Source: Saprospiraceae bacterium
GTDB lineage: Bacteria > Bacteroidota > Bacteroidia > Chitinophagales > Saprospiraceae
Assembly (NCBI GenBank): GCA_965249765.1
Contig: CBDFMR010000005.1
Span: 1,506,782-1,570,781, forward strand
Length of the DNA: 64,000 bases
Direction: 5' to 3'
Part shown: piece by piece, positions 39,001 to 49,844 of the stretch
Layout of the letters: the number at the start of each line of letters is the position of its first letter
Position numbering within the stretch: position 1 is the stretch's first letter
The notes under the pieces: generated by a model
The model's input: the letters and a program-made list of their open reading frames with translations, nothing else
Told to the model about the DNA's origin: nothing
The model's database searches: none
Position numbers and translations under genes: made by a program

Positions 39001-42000
39001 ATGGTCCCGGAGGAATTGGAACCTCATTTGGTCCTGGTCAAGTTATCACATCTTCAATTGCAACATTGTTTGTTTATGATGGAACTGTAGACTGCGATGA
39101 TGAAGAGTCTTTTTCCATAACGATTAACTCGACTCCGGTGATTGATGATATGAGTAATGTGACAGCATGTCAAAATTATACGCTTCCTTTAATCACGGGA
39201 TTCAACCTTACTGGTAACGAGGCTTATTATACTGCACCTAACGGAGGTGGAATGTCATTTTCTTCAGGTCAGGTTATTACAAATGATATCACTTTATTTA
39301 TATATGACGAGACGGGAACAACTCCTAACTGTGCCGATGATGAAAGTTTTACAATTACGATTAACGAACCACCGAATTTAGATGTGCCTCCTAATGTTAG
39401 CGAATGTGACCTCTACATTCTTCCCGGTATTTCCGGATCCAACTTGACTGGCAGTGAAAACTACTTTAGTGGTCCTGGTGGAACGGGCATTCCCTATTTC
39501 GTAGGTCAAATGATAACATCGACTATTCCAGTAATTTACGTCTACGATGGAGTCCTTGACTGTGGTGATGAAGAAAGCTTTTCTATAACGATATTCCCTT
39601 CTCCTTCAGTGGAAGATATTCTGGATCAAACTATCTGTGATAGCTATCAACTCCCTATGATAACGGGATTAAATTTATCAGGAAATGAAAGCTATTGGAC
39701 ACAATCTGGAGGAATGGGCAATAAATTTTTTGCTGGACAGATGATCACATCCAGTCAGACGTTGTTTATCTATGACGAAACTGGATCTATGCCCAATTGC
39801 TTTTCTGAGGAGTCTTTTTCTATAACTATAAACATTAGCCCGGATGTTGATGACCTTTCTAATGTGGCGCAATGTGAAAGCTATGAGCTACCTCCTATAA
39901 CTGGTATCAACCTTACTGGTTCAGAATCATACTGGACTGGGCCAAATGGAACTGGAATGCAACTTTCTCCAGGGGACATGGTCACCGAAGACAATACACT
40001 TTTTATTTATAATGAGACTGGAACATCTCCCAATTGCTCTGGCGAGGAAATATTTTTCGTAGCCATTTTTGATCAGCCTAACGCTGGCGTTGATGTTAGT
40101 TCGTCCGTATGCGAAGGTATCATTCTAGATCTTACAACCGTGCTTTCAGGTGCAGATGTAGGTGGAGTGTTTACGGATGATAGTGGTACCCGAGCATTGT
40201 CGGGCAATAATTTTAATACAACTGGTTTGGCTGGCGCAACTTACCAGTTCACCTATGAGCTGACTGCACAACCACCCTGCCTTGATGATAAATCGATTCT
40301 TATGATAACAGTTGTCACAAGTGTGAGCGCTGGCAACGATAATTCTGAAAGCACGTGTAAAGGCAATATGATCGACTTGTTTACTCTACTTGATGGAGCG
40401 GATGCGGGTGGTAGCTTTACGGACGATGATGGGACAGGAGCGTTAGTTGGTTCAGTATTCAACACTACAGGATTTGGAGGGGGAAGCTTTGATTTTTCAT
40501 ATAATATTGGAGACGGAGTGATTTGTCCCGAAGATGAGGCAATTATCACGGTTAATGTATTTGACAACATTGATATTAATAATCCTGGCGATGTAGCGGA
40601 ATGTGGCTCTTACATCCTACCCACGATTGTTGGGGTAAATTTGACAGGAGGTGAAGCCTATTTCGATGCACCCATGGGGATGGGTAATCAATATGATGCA
40701 GGTGACATGATAACTGTATCAATAACTTTGTATTTATATGATTCAAATCGCAATTGCGAAGATCAAGAGGAGCTAAATATTTCGATCACTGATTCGCCTC
40801 TATTAGATAATCCTGGTAATCAACAGGCTTGTGGCTCATATACACTTCCTTTAATTACAGGAAGTGATCTTACTGGAGCTGAAGCCTATTACGACGCACC
40901 ACTGGGAATGGGAAATCAGTATACTGAAGGAAACATGATTTTTGCTGATGTTACTCTATATATCTACGATGGGGCACCAGGGTGCGATGATGAAACTAGT
41001 TTTATAGTTGATATCAACGACTTACCTGATATTGACGGGATGCCGAATGTAGTACAGTGTGGACAATATATCCTTCCAGATATCACTGGCACTAATCTTA
41101 CAGGAAATGAATCATTTTGGTCTCAATCAGGGGGCGCCGGTACTCAATACTTAGAGGGAGACATCATTTCCGGGGATATTCTCTTATATATATATGACGG
41201 TGTGGTTGGTTGCGAAGATCAAGAGTCATTTACTATAGATATTTCGCCTGCACCTGAGATTATTGAGATAGCAGACTTAACGGAGTGTGACGAGGTGACG
41301 TTACCTATAATTACTGGATCTAACTTGACAGGAAATGAATCCTATTGGACAATGTCTGGAGGGACAGGGATACAATACTTTGATGGAGATCTCATAGATG
41401 CCAATATTACTTTATATCTGTATGATGGATTCCCTAGTTGTGATGATCAAGATACAGTCAGTATTGCAATAGCCACAACATCGACAGTCGATGATTTAGC
41501 AGATGTGATAGAGTGTGGCCAATTCATTCTTCCGGAGATAACTGGGACTAATTTGAGCGGTAATGAAGCGTACTACGATATTACTGGAGGTGCTGGTATT
41601 ATGTACCTTGAAGGAGATGTCATTACTTCTTCCATTCTACTTTTTATTTATGACGGAGCTGCTGGATGCGATAGTGAAGAAAGCGTCAGTATAGTGATCA
41701 ATTTACCTATTGATGAATTGTTTACTATAACTACAAGCTATTGCATCGATGATACGCCTGATGTTTTACCAGGAACATCCGACAATGGAATTACAGGTAC
41801 TTGGCTACCAACATCTATTGCGACGGATGCAGCAGGAATGTCAGACTACATTTTTACTCCTGATGCCGATCAATGCGCCAATTCTTATACGCTCACTGTT
41901 ACCATCAACGATTGCAATTGTATCATCGACATCCCTGTGGTCAGCAATATTCAGTGTGATGACAATGGTACGGATACAGATCCATCGGATGATATCTATA

Positions 42001-44501
42001 CATTTGACATAATCGTGACTGGAACAAATCTCGGATCTGGTTGGACTGCCGATGACACAAATTTTTCTTCCGGTAATTATGATGTAGTGATCAGTCTTGG
42101 TCCTTATGCTATATCGGATGGGGCACTTTCCTTTGTGATAGAAGACGTGGGAGATAGTGACTGCTTTATACAAGTGGATGTGCCACTCCCACGGTCTTGC
42201 TCTGACAACTGTCAAATTACAGTTCTTTCTTCTGAAATTGGAATTTGCGATGACAATAATACTGGAACCATTGATAGTGATGATATCTATAATGTTACGA
42301 TCAACGTAGATGAGTCAAATACAGCTCCGGGTAGTCAATATACGGTGACATGGAATGCAATGACTCGGGGTCCATTTGACTATAATACAGACCATGTCAT
42401 TACGGGATTACCAGCCGATGGCAGTAATATCACGTTGACAATTGTGGATGCATCAGGCAATTGCCAGACAACTTTAGATGTCACGCAGGTTTCATGCTCG
42501 TCCTGTGACCAAACAGTGGATGCTGGTACTGACCAGACCATCGATTGTAGTACTCCCGAGGTGACCATCATTACCAATTTATTAGAGATACCAACAACGT
42601 ACAACTGGACAGGACCTTCAGGATTCACGAACGACCAGAGGTCATTTATAACTTCCACAGATGGGACCTATTGTGTGACCGTGACATTTGATAACTTCTG
42701 TACGGCTACAGATTGCACAGCGGTCATTGCAGGTGCAAGTTTACCAGTTGCGGATCCAGGAGCAAATCAGACCATAACATGTACAAACCTAATGGTAACC
42801 TTGGGTGGCCCCCTGACCACAACAGGATCTGGAATAACGTATGAGTGGAAGGATGAAGCTGGAATTATCGTTTCGACGGATCAATTCTTTACTAGTAATA
42901 TTCTAGGAACATATTTCTTTCAGGTTATTAATGGAGGATGTGCTTCTACTATTCAATCTGTCACAGTTATTGACGGAACGACAGTACCATCAGCCGTCAT
43001 CTATACCGACCCAGGAAACGTGATCAACTGTCTGGTTTCCTCTGTTCTATTGACCACTGATGAAGAAACAGACGTCACCTATACATGGATATTGACAGAT
43101 GGGTCAATTGAAGCTGATTCAATAATTATATTAGTAGGAGGAGAAGTGATTCTTGTTGCATTAGATACCATTACAGGATGCAATAATCAAAGTGCCATTC
43201 AGATTGGTGACTTCATAGAATACCCGATCATTGACATAGCTAGCGTAGATCCACTTACTTGCACGATCCCGACCACGACCATCAATGCGACCGCTTCTCA
43301 GTCTGGTACTAGCATTGTCTATCAATGGTATGACAGCAACTTTAATCCTATTGTTGGGGGGACGTCAAGCACCTTGGATGTCGCCTCGCCCGATACGTAC
43401 TACTTTGAAGCAAGAGATGGTGACAACGGATGTACCAATGTAGATACTGTAATTGTATTATCAGAGATAGACTATCCACTAGCTGATGCTGGCGAGAATG
43501 TCACCATTAGGTGTAGTGATACTGATATCTCACTCAATGGAACTGGCTCTGAGATGGGAAGTACGATCCACTACAATTGGAGCAGTCTTGACGGCAACAA
43601 TATCATCAGTGGAAATACAACAATACCGTCAGTTGATGAAGCAGGTTGGTATTTCTTAGAGGTTAGCAATGGTGACAATGGGTGTGCTTCCATTGACTCT
43701 GTATTGGTGCAGGAAAATATGAATATGCCTGAGGTAGATGAGATCATCGTTCTTCATCCAAGTTGTTTTGGGGATACTGGTGGTGTGATAGATATTAGCA
43801 TCATGGGAGGTACTCCTGAGTATCAGTACTCGATCAACGGTGGTGCTTTCACTAGCGGATCGACATTCTCTAACATTGGTGGAGGGACTTACGACATTGT
43901 AGTAGAAGATCAGGATGGTTGCGTATTGGATACATCAATTGTCTTGACTGCACCTCAAGAACTCACCCTTGAGATCATAGGAGATTTTGAAATTGACTTG
44001 GGAGAGAGCACCATACTGGAAGGTGTAACAAACATATCAGCTAGTGAAATAGCTTCCATTGAATGGACTCCTGCAGATAATCTCAACTGTCCAGGATGCC
44101 TAATCACAGAAGCCAACCCAGGAGAAACTACGCTATATTTATTGACATTAATAGATGCCAATGGTTGTGAGATTAGTGAATCAGAAGTAATCTCAGTTTC
44201 TACAGATGTAGATATCTTTGTTCCAACAATATTTTCACCCAATGGGGATCAGGTCAATGATAATTTTACTGTATTCTCTAAAGACAATGTACGAGAGATC
44301 AAAAGGATTTTGATATTCGATCGATGGGGCGAGCGGGTATTCTCTAACTTTGACTTTCAGTCGAATGATCCATCATTAGGATGGGATGGTTCATTCGAGG
44401 GAGTAAATGTGGTCCAAGGTGTATATGTTTACCTCATAGAATACAAACTCATCAATGGTCAAATTAGGCAATTGATCGGCGATGTGACTATCGTAAGATA
44501 G
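36033..44501 (+). CDS. giant (2822 aa) secreted T9SS substrate/adhesin: N-terminal lamin-tail-like domain, about 20 copies of an 80-aa repeat, a SprB-type repeat, and a type-B T9SS C-terminal sorting domain
   Basis: Signal peptide. An 80-aa repeat consensus CxSYxLPxITGxNLTGxExYxxxPxGxGxxxxxGxxITxxxTLYIYD recurs through 38.2-41.7 kb. SprB-like GGTPEYQYSINGGAFTSGSTFSNIGGGTYDIVVEDQDGC. C-terminal FVPTIFSPNGDQVNDNF (T9SS type B CTD motif). Confidence 0.8.
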   Translation: MDLMDFMRRYCYFALCILTMQLSSYGQGLIVNEVSQGTGGLKEWVELVVVGSPCATVDIRGWVIDDNNGLFTSCPPNAEHGALAGVGLNKGHIRFKNHADWAEVPVGTVILLYAWEPGVPNAQAEIFPLTVDYDDADCDFLRVVPINAASFAHLEQSNTLPIFASGGSCAQNRTCPNGTATPGNPSYGGTYVNVGNQSFVGNISIPVSGVIGLRNGGDAFQVRNPSYAYFHGFSWGSGDGGSCGMAPTLTGGPDNLHISATGAANNAYQFQNIISDDYRVVGNFAKVTASTSQSPGEANSCANAQWIASLRYPPDDEFSDGSGACVTSDPTTYMVCEGETIDLELTGCESDTYSWISNNTSIVSISGMTTTQSTTILGVSVGTTTVDVTAILNNTNLGTFAGCPLTTEETYSFTVEVTPADVPTLSPIGSFCESDMAVGLNISQDGYTGSWSGLGVTGNTFDPRSAGSGGSPHTLTFTPDPMQCAIANTLMVVVLPNVTPILTSLGPFCDSDLSFPLITTQDGINGNWSGPGVTGNAFDPGTAGAGGSPHTLTFTPLAGQCASPNSMMVTVEEAPDAGTNGTLTLCEGDALSEAILLGSLGGTPDGGETWSPGVPGTAMADATYTYTVSGISPCMNAMATVMLTVNTPPDAGTNGALTLCAGDGLSEAILFDELGGTPDGGGTWSPGVPGTATADDTYTYTVTGTSPCLNASAMVQLIVHANPDVDDITDVVMCNSYTLPAITGTNLSGNEAYWTGPNGTGTQYIAGQMITADITLFIYDESGTMPNCSDEESFMIDITPPPSLDAVMNVIECGSYTLPTITGMNLTGSESYYDGPGGTGMQYTVGQSITSSIGTMYIYNGMTGCEDEESFSITINTSPDIDDITDVVMCNSYTLPAITGTNLSGNEAYWTGPNGTGTQYIAGQMITADITLFINDDSGTMPNCSDEESFNITIAPPPDLDPVSNVISCDLYVLPVITGSNLTGGQLYYDGPGGIGTSFGPGQVITSSIATLFVYDGTVDCDDEESFSITINSTPVIDDMSNVTACQNYTLPLITGFNLTGNEAYYTAPNGGGMSFSSGQVITNDITLFIYDETGTTPNCADDESFTITINEPPNLDVPPNVSECDLYILPGISGSNLTGSENYFSGPGGTGIPYFVGQMITSTIPVIYVYDGVLDCGDEESFSITIFPSPSVEDILDQTICDSYQLPMITGLNLSGNESYWTQSGGMGNKFFAGQMITSSQTLFIYDETGSMPNCFSEESFSITINISPDVDDLSNVAQCESYELPPITGINLTGSESYWTGPNGTGMQLSPGDMVTEDNTLFIYNETGTSPNCSGEEIFFVAIFDQPNAGVDVSSSVCEGIILDLTTVLSGADVGGVFTDDSGTRALSGNNFNTTGLAGATYQFTYELTAQPPCLDDKSILMITVVTSVSAGNDNSESTCKGNMIDLFTLLDGADAGGSFTDDDGTGALVGSVFNTTGFGGGSFDFSYNIGDGVICPEDEAIITVNVFDNIDINNPGDVAECGSYILPTIVGVNLTGGEAYFDAPMGMGNQYDAGDMITVSITLYLYDSNRNCEDQEELNISITDSPLLDNPGNQQACGSYTLPLITGSDLTGAEAYYDAPLGMGNQYTEGNMIFADVTLYIYDGAPGCDDETSFIVDINDLPDIDGMPNVVQCGQYILPDITGTNLTGNESFWSQSGGAGTQYLEGDIISGDILLYIYDGVVGCEDQESFTIDISPAPEIIEIADLTECDEVTLPIITGSNLTGNESYWTMSGGTGIQYFDGDLIDANITLYLYDGFPSCDDQDTVSIAIATTSTVDDLADVIECGQFILPEITGTNLSGNEAYYDITGGAGIMYLEGDVITSSILLFIYDGAAGCDSEESVSIVINLPIDELFTITTSYCIDDTPDVLPGTSDNGITGTWLPTSIATDAAGMSDYIFTPDADQCANSYTLTVTINDCNCIIDIPVVSNIQCDDNGTDTDPSDDIYTFDIIVTGTNLGSGWTADDTNFSSGNYDVVISLGPYAISDGALSFVIEDVGDSDCFIQVDVPLPRSCSDNCQITVLSSEIGICDDNNTGTIDSDDIYNVTINVDESNTAPGSQYTVTWNAMTRGPFDYNTDHVITGLPADGSNITLTIVDASGNCQTTLDVTQVSCSSCDQTVDAGTDQTIDCSTPEVTIITNLLEIPTTYNWTGPSGFTNDQRSFITSTDGTYCVTVTFDNFCTATDCTAVIAGASLPVADPGANQTITCTNLMVTLGGPLTTTGSGITYEWKDEAGIIVSTDQFFTSNILGTYFFQVINGGCASTIQSVTVIDGTTVPSAVIYTDPGNVINCLVSSVLLTTDEETDVTYTWILTDGSIEADSIIILVGGEVILVALDTITGCNNQSAIQIGDFIEYPIIDIASVDPLTCTIPTTTINATASQSGTSIVYQWYDSNFNPIVGGTSSTLDVASPDTYYFEARDGDNGCTNVDTVIVLSEIDYPLADAGENVTIRCSDTDISLNGTGSEMGSTIHYNWSSLDGNNIISGNTTIPSVDEAGWYFLEVSNGDNGCASIDSVLVQENMNMPEVDEIIVLHPSCFGDTGGVIDISIMGGTPEYQYSINGGAFTSGSTFSNIGGGTYDIVVEDQDGCVLDTSIVLTAPQELTLEIIGDFEIDLGESTILEGVTNISASEIASIEWTPADNLNCPGCLITEANPGETTLYLLTLIDANGCEISESEVISVSTDVDIFVPTIFSPNGDQVNDNFTVFSKDNVREIKRILIFDRWGERVFSNFDFQSNDPSLGWDGSFEGVNVVQGVYVYLIEYKLINGQIRQLIGDVTIVR
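38202..38412. repeat. about 210-bp near-identical (about 97%) DNA duplicate inside the adhesin gene; second copy at 38670-38880, offset 468 bp
   Basis: gatgtagatgacatcaccgatgtagtgatgtgcaacagctatacattgccggcgatcacgggg... is repeated with about 6 mismatches. Other adhesin repeats are much more diverged at DNA level. Confidence 0.8.
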
Positions 44502-44574
44502 CATTATCACTCCTTCAGTATTTCAGATACAGGTCATGTATTTCGATGATTTGGTATGTCTTTAAAGATTAAAT

Positions 44575-47037
44575 TTGCTGATCTTGAATAAGTCCGAAAA
44601 ATACGTTTCTGTTATCCTTCCATTGGCAATTCCCAAGACCTACACTTATATAGTTCCAGAGCACTTGCTGGATAAAGTGAGTTTTGGTAAAAGAGTAGAA
44701 GTACAATTGAGGAATAAGCTTTATTCTGCATTGGTTGTGGAGTTTCCCGAAGAAGTGGACACTACGCATAAGCTAAAGCATATAATTTCGGTGCTTGATA
44801 ATACTCCCATCATCACCGAATCGCAGTTTGAGCTTTGGGCATGGATATCAAAGTACTATATGAGTACGATAGGGGAGGTGATGAATGTAGCGCTTCCATC
44901 TGGACTAAAACTCAATTCTGAAACCAAGATAATATCCAATGCAGATTACGATGATCTCCAGCAAGAGTTAACTGATGATGAATACTTAGTTGTAGAGGCC
45001 GTTTCAATACAGAATGAACTAAGCATTGATCAGATCAGAGAGATACTAAATAAGAAGACCGTCTATCCGGTAATTCATTCCTTGCTATCCATGTCGATAA
45101 TTCTGATCAAAGAGGAATTACAACAAGGTTACAAACCAAGAATGACTTCTCATGTAAAGGTTGCGGATTTTTATTTGGCATCGGACAAAAATATGACGAC
45201 TGCTTTTGATGCAATCGGCAGATCTGAGAAGCAGACTTTTGCATTGTTGGCGCTTGTAAAATTGAAAGGAACGGAACATTTTGTTCAAAGATCATTGGTA
45301 TGTAAGGAAGCTGGAGTAGACACCTCTGTGGTCAATGCCTTGGTAAAGAAAGGCATCTTGGTGAAGGAAGATCGGCAGGAGAGCAGGATCAAAAGTTATG
45401 ATTCGGAGGAGCATGGCATACCTCCGATGAGTGATGACCAGATCGTGGCTCACAAGAAGATTGTAGACAAGTTTGAGGACAAAGATTGTGTGCTTCTTCA
45501 TGGGGTGACTGGAAGTGGTAAAACACGGGTTTATATTGAGTTGATTCAAGAAGCGATTGATCAAGGAAAACAAGTCTTGTATTTATTGCCCGAGATAGCT
45601 CTGACGACTCAAGTAGTAGCGAGATTGAGAGTTGTTTTTGGCAATAAAATAGGTCTTTATCATAGTAAGTTGAATAATCATGAGAGGGTAGAGGTTTGGC
45701 AAAATTGCATGAAAGGTCAGTCTGTTGTTCTAGGTGCAAGGTCTAGTCTCTTTCTACCGTTTCGCGACTTAAGTCTCATCATTATTGATGAAGAACATGA
45801 TCCCTCATATAAACAAAATGATCCAAGCCCACGGTATAATGGAAGAGACGCAGCTCACTTCCTCGCAAAATCTTTTGGAGCAAAAATTCTATTAGGTACT
45901 GCTACTCCATCATTGGAAACTTTTTACAATGTAAAACAAGAGAAGTATGGTCTGGTTGAATTGACTGAGCGCTACGGAGAGGCATTAATGCCGGCCATAG
46001 AAGTCATTGATATGCAATATCAACAGAATACCAATCGTGTCAAGGATTACCTGAGTCTTGATTTACGAGAAGCAATTCGATCTACTCTTGACGAAGGAGA
46101 GCAAGTGCTCTTGTTTCAAAATAGAAGAGGGTATGCTCCTATCTTGACTTGCGATATTTGTGCTTGGGTTGCAGAATGTGTTCATTGTGATGTAAGCTTG
46201 ACCTATCACCAGTTTCATGATGAATTGAGGTGTCACTACTGCAGTCATCGTACTAGAAAAATGAACATATGCTCCCAATGTGGTTCTGATAAGTTGTCTA
46301 TTAAAGGACTCGGAACACAGAAAATTGAGGAGATCATTGGGATTCATTTTGAGGATGCTACCATAAAGCGTATGGACTATGATACGGCAAAGACAAGAAG
46401 GGCATTTGAACGAATAATTACCGACTTTGAGCAAAGGAAGATAGACATACTTGTAGGTACTCAGATGATTACAAAGGGCCTTGATTTTGACAACATAGGA
46501 CTGGTGGGAATTCTCAATGCGGACGGTATCATATACTTCCCAGACTTTAGGTCTCACGAAAGAGCTTTTCAACTATTTACCCAAGTGAGTGGTAGAGCCG
46601 GTAGAAAGAAAAAGAGAGGACGAGTTATTATTCAGTCCTATTCTCCTACGCACCCGATACTCTCAGAGACCATCAATAATGATTTCGATGGATTTTATAA
46701 TAGAGAAGAGAGAGAACGTGCAAGATTCGTATTTCCCCCGCACATTAAGCTGATAGGTGTGCTGTTAAAACATAAAAAATCAAATACCGTGGCTGATGCA
46801 GCCAACTACCTTGTCAAGGAATTGAAACCAGTTCTAGGAAATAGGGTTGTAGGACCTTCAGTACCGGGTATAGCTCGCATACGAAATATGTATCAACAAT
46901 ATGTTCTCATTAAGATGGAAAACGACCCAGTTGTAATATCAAGAATAAAGACATTGCTATCAGAGAAAAAATCTCAACTTGTCAACGCTCCAGGATTCAA
47001 GTCAGTCCGAGTAAATATTGATGTAGATCCGTATTAA
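44575..47037 (+). CDS. priA: primosomal protein N' (replication-restart helicase PriA)
   Basis: 820 aa. Walker A LHGVTGSGKT, DEAH-type IIIDEEHD, Cys-rich zinc-binding insert CDICAWVAECVHCDVSLTYHQFHDELRCHYCS...CSQCGS. Its stop TAA (47035-47037) overlaps the stop (47034-47036) of the convergent peptidase-gene remnant. Confidence 0.9.
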   Translation: MLILNKSEKYVSVILPLAIPKTYTYIVPEHLLDKVSFGKRVEVQLRNKLYSALVVEFPEEVDTTHKLKHIISVLDNTPIITESQFELWAWISKYYMSTIGEVMNVALPSGLKLNSETKIISNADYDDLQQELTDDEYLVVEAVSIQNELSIDQIREILNKKTVYPVIHSLLSMSIILIKEELQQGYKPRMTSHVKVADFYLASDKNMTTAFDAIGRSEKQTFALLALVKLKGTEHFVQRSLVCKEAGVDTSVVNALVKKGILVKEDRQESRIKSYDSEEHGIPPMSDDQIVAHKKIVDKFEDKDCVLLHGVTGSGKTRVYIELIQEAIDQGKQVLYLLPEIALTTQVVARLRVVFGNKIGLYHSKLNNHERVEVWQNCMKGQSVVLGARSSLFLPFRDLSLIIIDEEHDPSYKQNDPSPRYNGRDAAHFLAKSFGAKILLGTATPSLETFYNVKQEKYGLVELTERYGEALMPAIEVIDMQYQQNTNRVKDYLSLDLREAIRSTLDEGEQVLLFQNRRGYAPILTCDICAWVAECVHCDVSLTYHQFHDELRCHYCSHRTRKMNICSQCGSDKLSIKGLGTQKIEEIIGIHFEDATIKRMDYDTAKTRRAFERIITDFEQRKIDILVGTQMITKGLDFDNIGLVGILNADGIIYFPDFRSHERAFQLFTQVSGRAGRKKKRGRVIIQSYSPTHPILSETINNDFDGFYNREERERARFVFPPHIKLIGVLLKHKKSNTVADAANYLVKELKPVLGNRVVGPSVPGIARIRNMYQQYVLIKMENDPVVISRIKTLLSEKKSQLVNAPGFKSVRVNIDVDPY

Positions 47038-47151
47038 AATGTTACTTTCTTTGAGAGTTCCTTTCCATTTCGTTCAATAATTACATCTACCGTCTCACCC
47101 GGATTGAAAGCACTGAGAGCTTCCATATATGACATCATATTGGATATATTT
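47004..47151. repeat. 148-bp long target-site duplication, left copy (= 53871-54018)
   Basis: Identical 148-bp segment at both outer junctions of the IS1634 composite. It contains the 3' ends of priA and of the convergent M28 peptidase gene. Confidence 0.75.
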
Positions 47152-47514
47152 CTTGACTTTGACACTTGTATGAGAGAAATCGTCTGAAACCCTTGCAGGG
47201 TAAGGGTTTAGTTTTTTTATAGTGTAAATTGTATTGCGAAGACAGTTTGTTTTTCTAAGAAATTATTAATATAATGTAGTTATTATGGCTACAATTCGTA
47301 TTGATAAAAAGAAGTCCGGACACTATATGAGTCTGATTCATTCCTATCGCGATGAAAACGGCGTTGCGCGAATGAAAACCCCTTGACTTTGACACTTGTA
47401 TGAGAGAAATCGTCTGAAACCCTTGCAGGGTAAGGGTTTAGTTTTTTTATAGTGTAAATTGTATTGCGAAGACAGTTTGTTTTTCTAAGAAATTATTAAT
47501 ATAATGTAGTTATT

Positions 47515-49125
47515 ATGGCTACAATTCGTATTGATAAAAAGAAGTCCGGACACTATATGAGTCTGATTCATTCCTATCGCGATGAAAACGGCGTTGCGCG
47601 AATGAAAACCCTAGCCAATTTGGGCAAGGCAGAGGACTATAACCCTGAGACACTTAAGAAAATGGGATCCAGGCTGTACGCTCTAGGGGGTGGCAATCCC
47701 TTAGACTTGATGGGTACTGAGGTGGAGGAAGTGGGCAGGTTCAATTTTGGTTATGTGCAATTAGTTGACAGCGTGCTGCACACATTTAAGCTGGACCAGG
47801 TCTTTGCCAGAATAAAAAGAAAGCACCACCTGACCTTTGATTTATACGAAGCGGTGTTGCTGATGTTGGTCGAGCGCTTTAATGTTCCCAACAGTAAACT
47901 GGCTAATTATCACAATCAGGCTGAATATTACTCGGTACAAGACATAAAACTCCATTGGTTGTACCGTGCCTTGGATAAGCTGGACCAATATAGCCACGCC
48001 ATACAGCAAAGTATATATATGACCGGTCGCAATTTATTCAATCAAAAATTAGATATTGTTTTTTATGATGTAACGACTTTTTATTTTGATAGTGATGTAG
48101 AACAAGAAAACACATTAAGAAAAAAGGGATACTCCAAGGATGGTAAAATAGGAAAGACTCAAGTGGTATTAGGAATGCTCATGGATCGTAACAAGCAACC
48201 GGTGGCCTATCATATATTCGAGGGAAACACTGCCGAAGTCAAGACGATAAGTAAAATACTGGAACAGGTAAAAAAGCAATATAGTATCGACAAGGTCATC
48301 GTAGTAGCTGACCGAGCCATGTTATCAGAACAAAACATTGACCTGATCAGTGGGCAAATGGACTTTCCATTCATATTTGGTGAAAAGCTAAAAATGATGA
48401 AAACGCCCGCCAAAGAAGCATTGGTAGATAAGAGCCGCTATAACAATGAATGGGTGTATCAAAAAGATGGAAAACCAATAAAGCTAAAATACACTACACT
48501 AATGTACCAGGGACGAAAAGTGATCTGCACCTACAGTGAAAAAAGGGCACGCAAAGACCGTCATGAAAGAGAAAAACGCCTAATAAAGGCACAGTACTTC
48601 ATGGACAACCCTTCCCAGTTAAAAAAGAAAGCCTCTTACCATTACTTGAACAAAACGGGCAAGGACAGCTACCAGCTCAACGAAAAAAAGATCAAGCAGG
48701 ACCAAATGTACGATGGCTTTTTAGCCATCAGTACCAATGTAGACAACTTGAGTGTTGTGCAAATATTAGATCAATACCGTCACTTGTTTTTAATCGAACA
48801 AGGCTTTAGAACCATGAAAAGCATCTTGGAAGTCAGACCAATGTTTCATTGGACAGACAAAAGAATCCGCGGCCACATTGCTATGTGCTTTATGGCCTTG
48901 GCACTATTAAGACATGTCGAGATCAGACTTGAGAAAAACAAAACACCGCTCTCAGAGCTTACCATTCTAAAAACACTCGACAGGATGCAGTCTAGCAAGA
49001 TTACCCAAGATGGAAAGGACTTTTACCTACGCAGTGCTATGGATTCAAACCAACAAGTACTGATAGATAAATTCAAATTGAAAAAAATCAAACCCCTCAA
49101 TTACAACAGCCTGACAATCAGATAG
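47515..49125 (+). CDS. IS1634-family (IS4-related DDE) transposase, intact
   Basis: 536 aa beginning MATIRIDKKKSGHYMSLIHSYRDENGVARMKTLANLGK, the typical N-terminus of IS1634-group transposases. The element is 1.8 kb with 14-bp IRs. Confidence 0.75.
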   Translation: MATIRIDKKKSGHYMSLIHSYRDENGVARMKTLANLGKAEDYNPETLKKMGSRLYALGGGNPLDLMGTEVEEVGRFNFGYVQLVDSVLHTFKLDQVFARIKRKHHLTFDLYEAVLLMLVERFNVPNSKLANYHNQAEYYSVQDIKLHWLYRALDKLDQYSHAIQQSIYMTGRNLFNQKLDIVFYDVTTFYFDSDVEQENTLRKKGYSKDGKIGKTQVVLGMLMDRNKQPVAYHIFEGNTAEVKTISKILEQVKKQYSIDKVIVVADRAMLSEQNIDLISGQMDFPFIFGEKLKMMKTPAKEALVDKSRYNNEWVYQKDGKPIKLKYTTLMYQGRKVICTYSEKRARKDRHEREKRLIKAQYFMDNPSQLKKKASYHYLNKTGKDSYQLNEKKIKQDQMYDGFLAISTNVDNLSVVQILDQYRHLFLIEQGFRTMKSILEVRPMFHWTDKRIRGHIAMCFMALALLRHVEIRLEKNKTPLSELTILKTLDRMQSSKITQDGKDFYLRSAMDSNQQVLIDKFKLKKIKPLNYNSLTIR

Positions 49126-49844
49126 TTATAGACAACGTATTGCGAAAACGAAAAACTTAACTACTTGATAATCAAATGCTTATGGCTAAAACGTGTCAAA
49201 GTCAAGAAATTGTATTGCGAAGACAGTTTGTTTTTCTAAGAAATTATTAATATAATGTAGTTATTATGGCTACAATTCGTATTGATAAAAAGAAGTCCGG
49301 ACACTATATGAGTCTGATTCATTCCTATCGCGATGAAAACGGCGTTGCGCGAATGAAAACCCTAGCCAATTTGGGCAAGGCAGAGGACTATAACCCTGAG
49401 ACACTTAAGAAAATGGGATCCAGGCTGTACGCTCTAGGGGGTGGCAATCCCTTAGACTTGATGGGTACTGAGGTGGAGGAAGTGGGCAGGTTCAATTTTG
49501 GTTATGTGCAATTAGTTGACAGCGTGCTGCACACATTTAAGCTGGACCAGATCTTTGCCAGAATAAAAAGAAAGCACCACCTGACCTTTGATTTATACGA
49601 AGCGGTGTTGCTGATGTTGGTCGAGCGCTTTAATGTTCCCAACAGTAAACTGGCTAATTATCACAATCAGGCTGAATATTACTCGGTACAAGACATAAAA
49701 CTCCATTGGTTGTACCGTGCCTTGGATAAGCTGGACCAATATAGCCACGCCATACAGCAAAGTATATATATGACCGGTCGCAATTTATTCAATCAAAAAT
49801 TAGATATTGTTTTTTATGATGTAACGACTTTTTATTTCCTGGAT

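Noticed and set aside
37448-42658. Multiple 60-125-aa minus-strand ORFs inside the 2822-aa adhesin gene
   Set aside because: Antisense frames of a higher-GC repetitive gene, with no independent start context.
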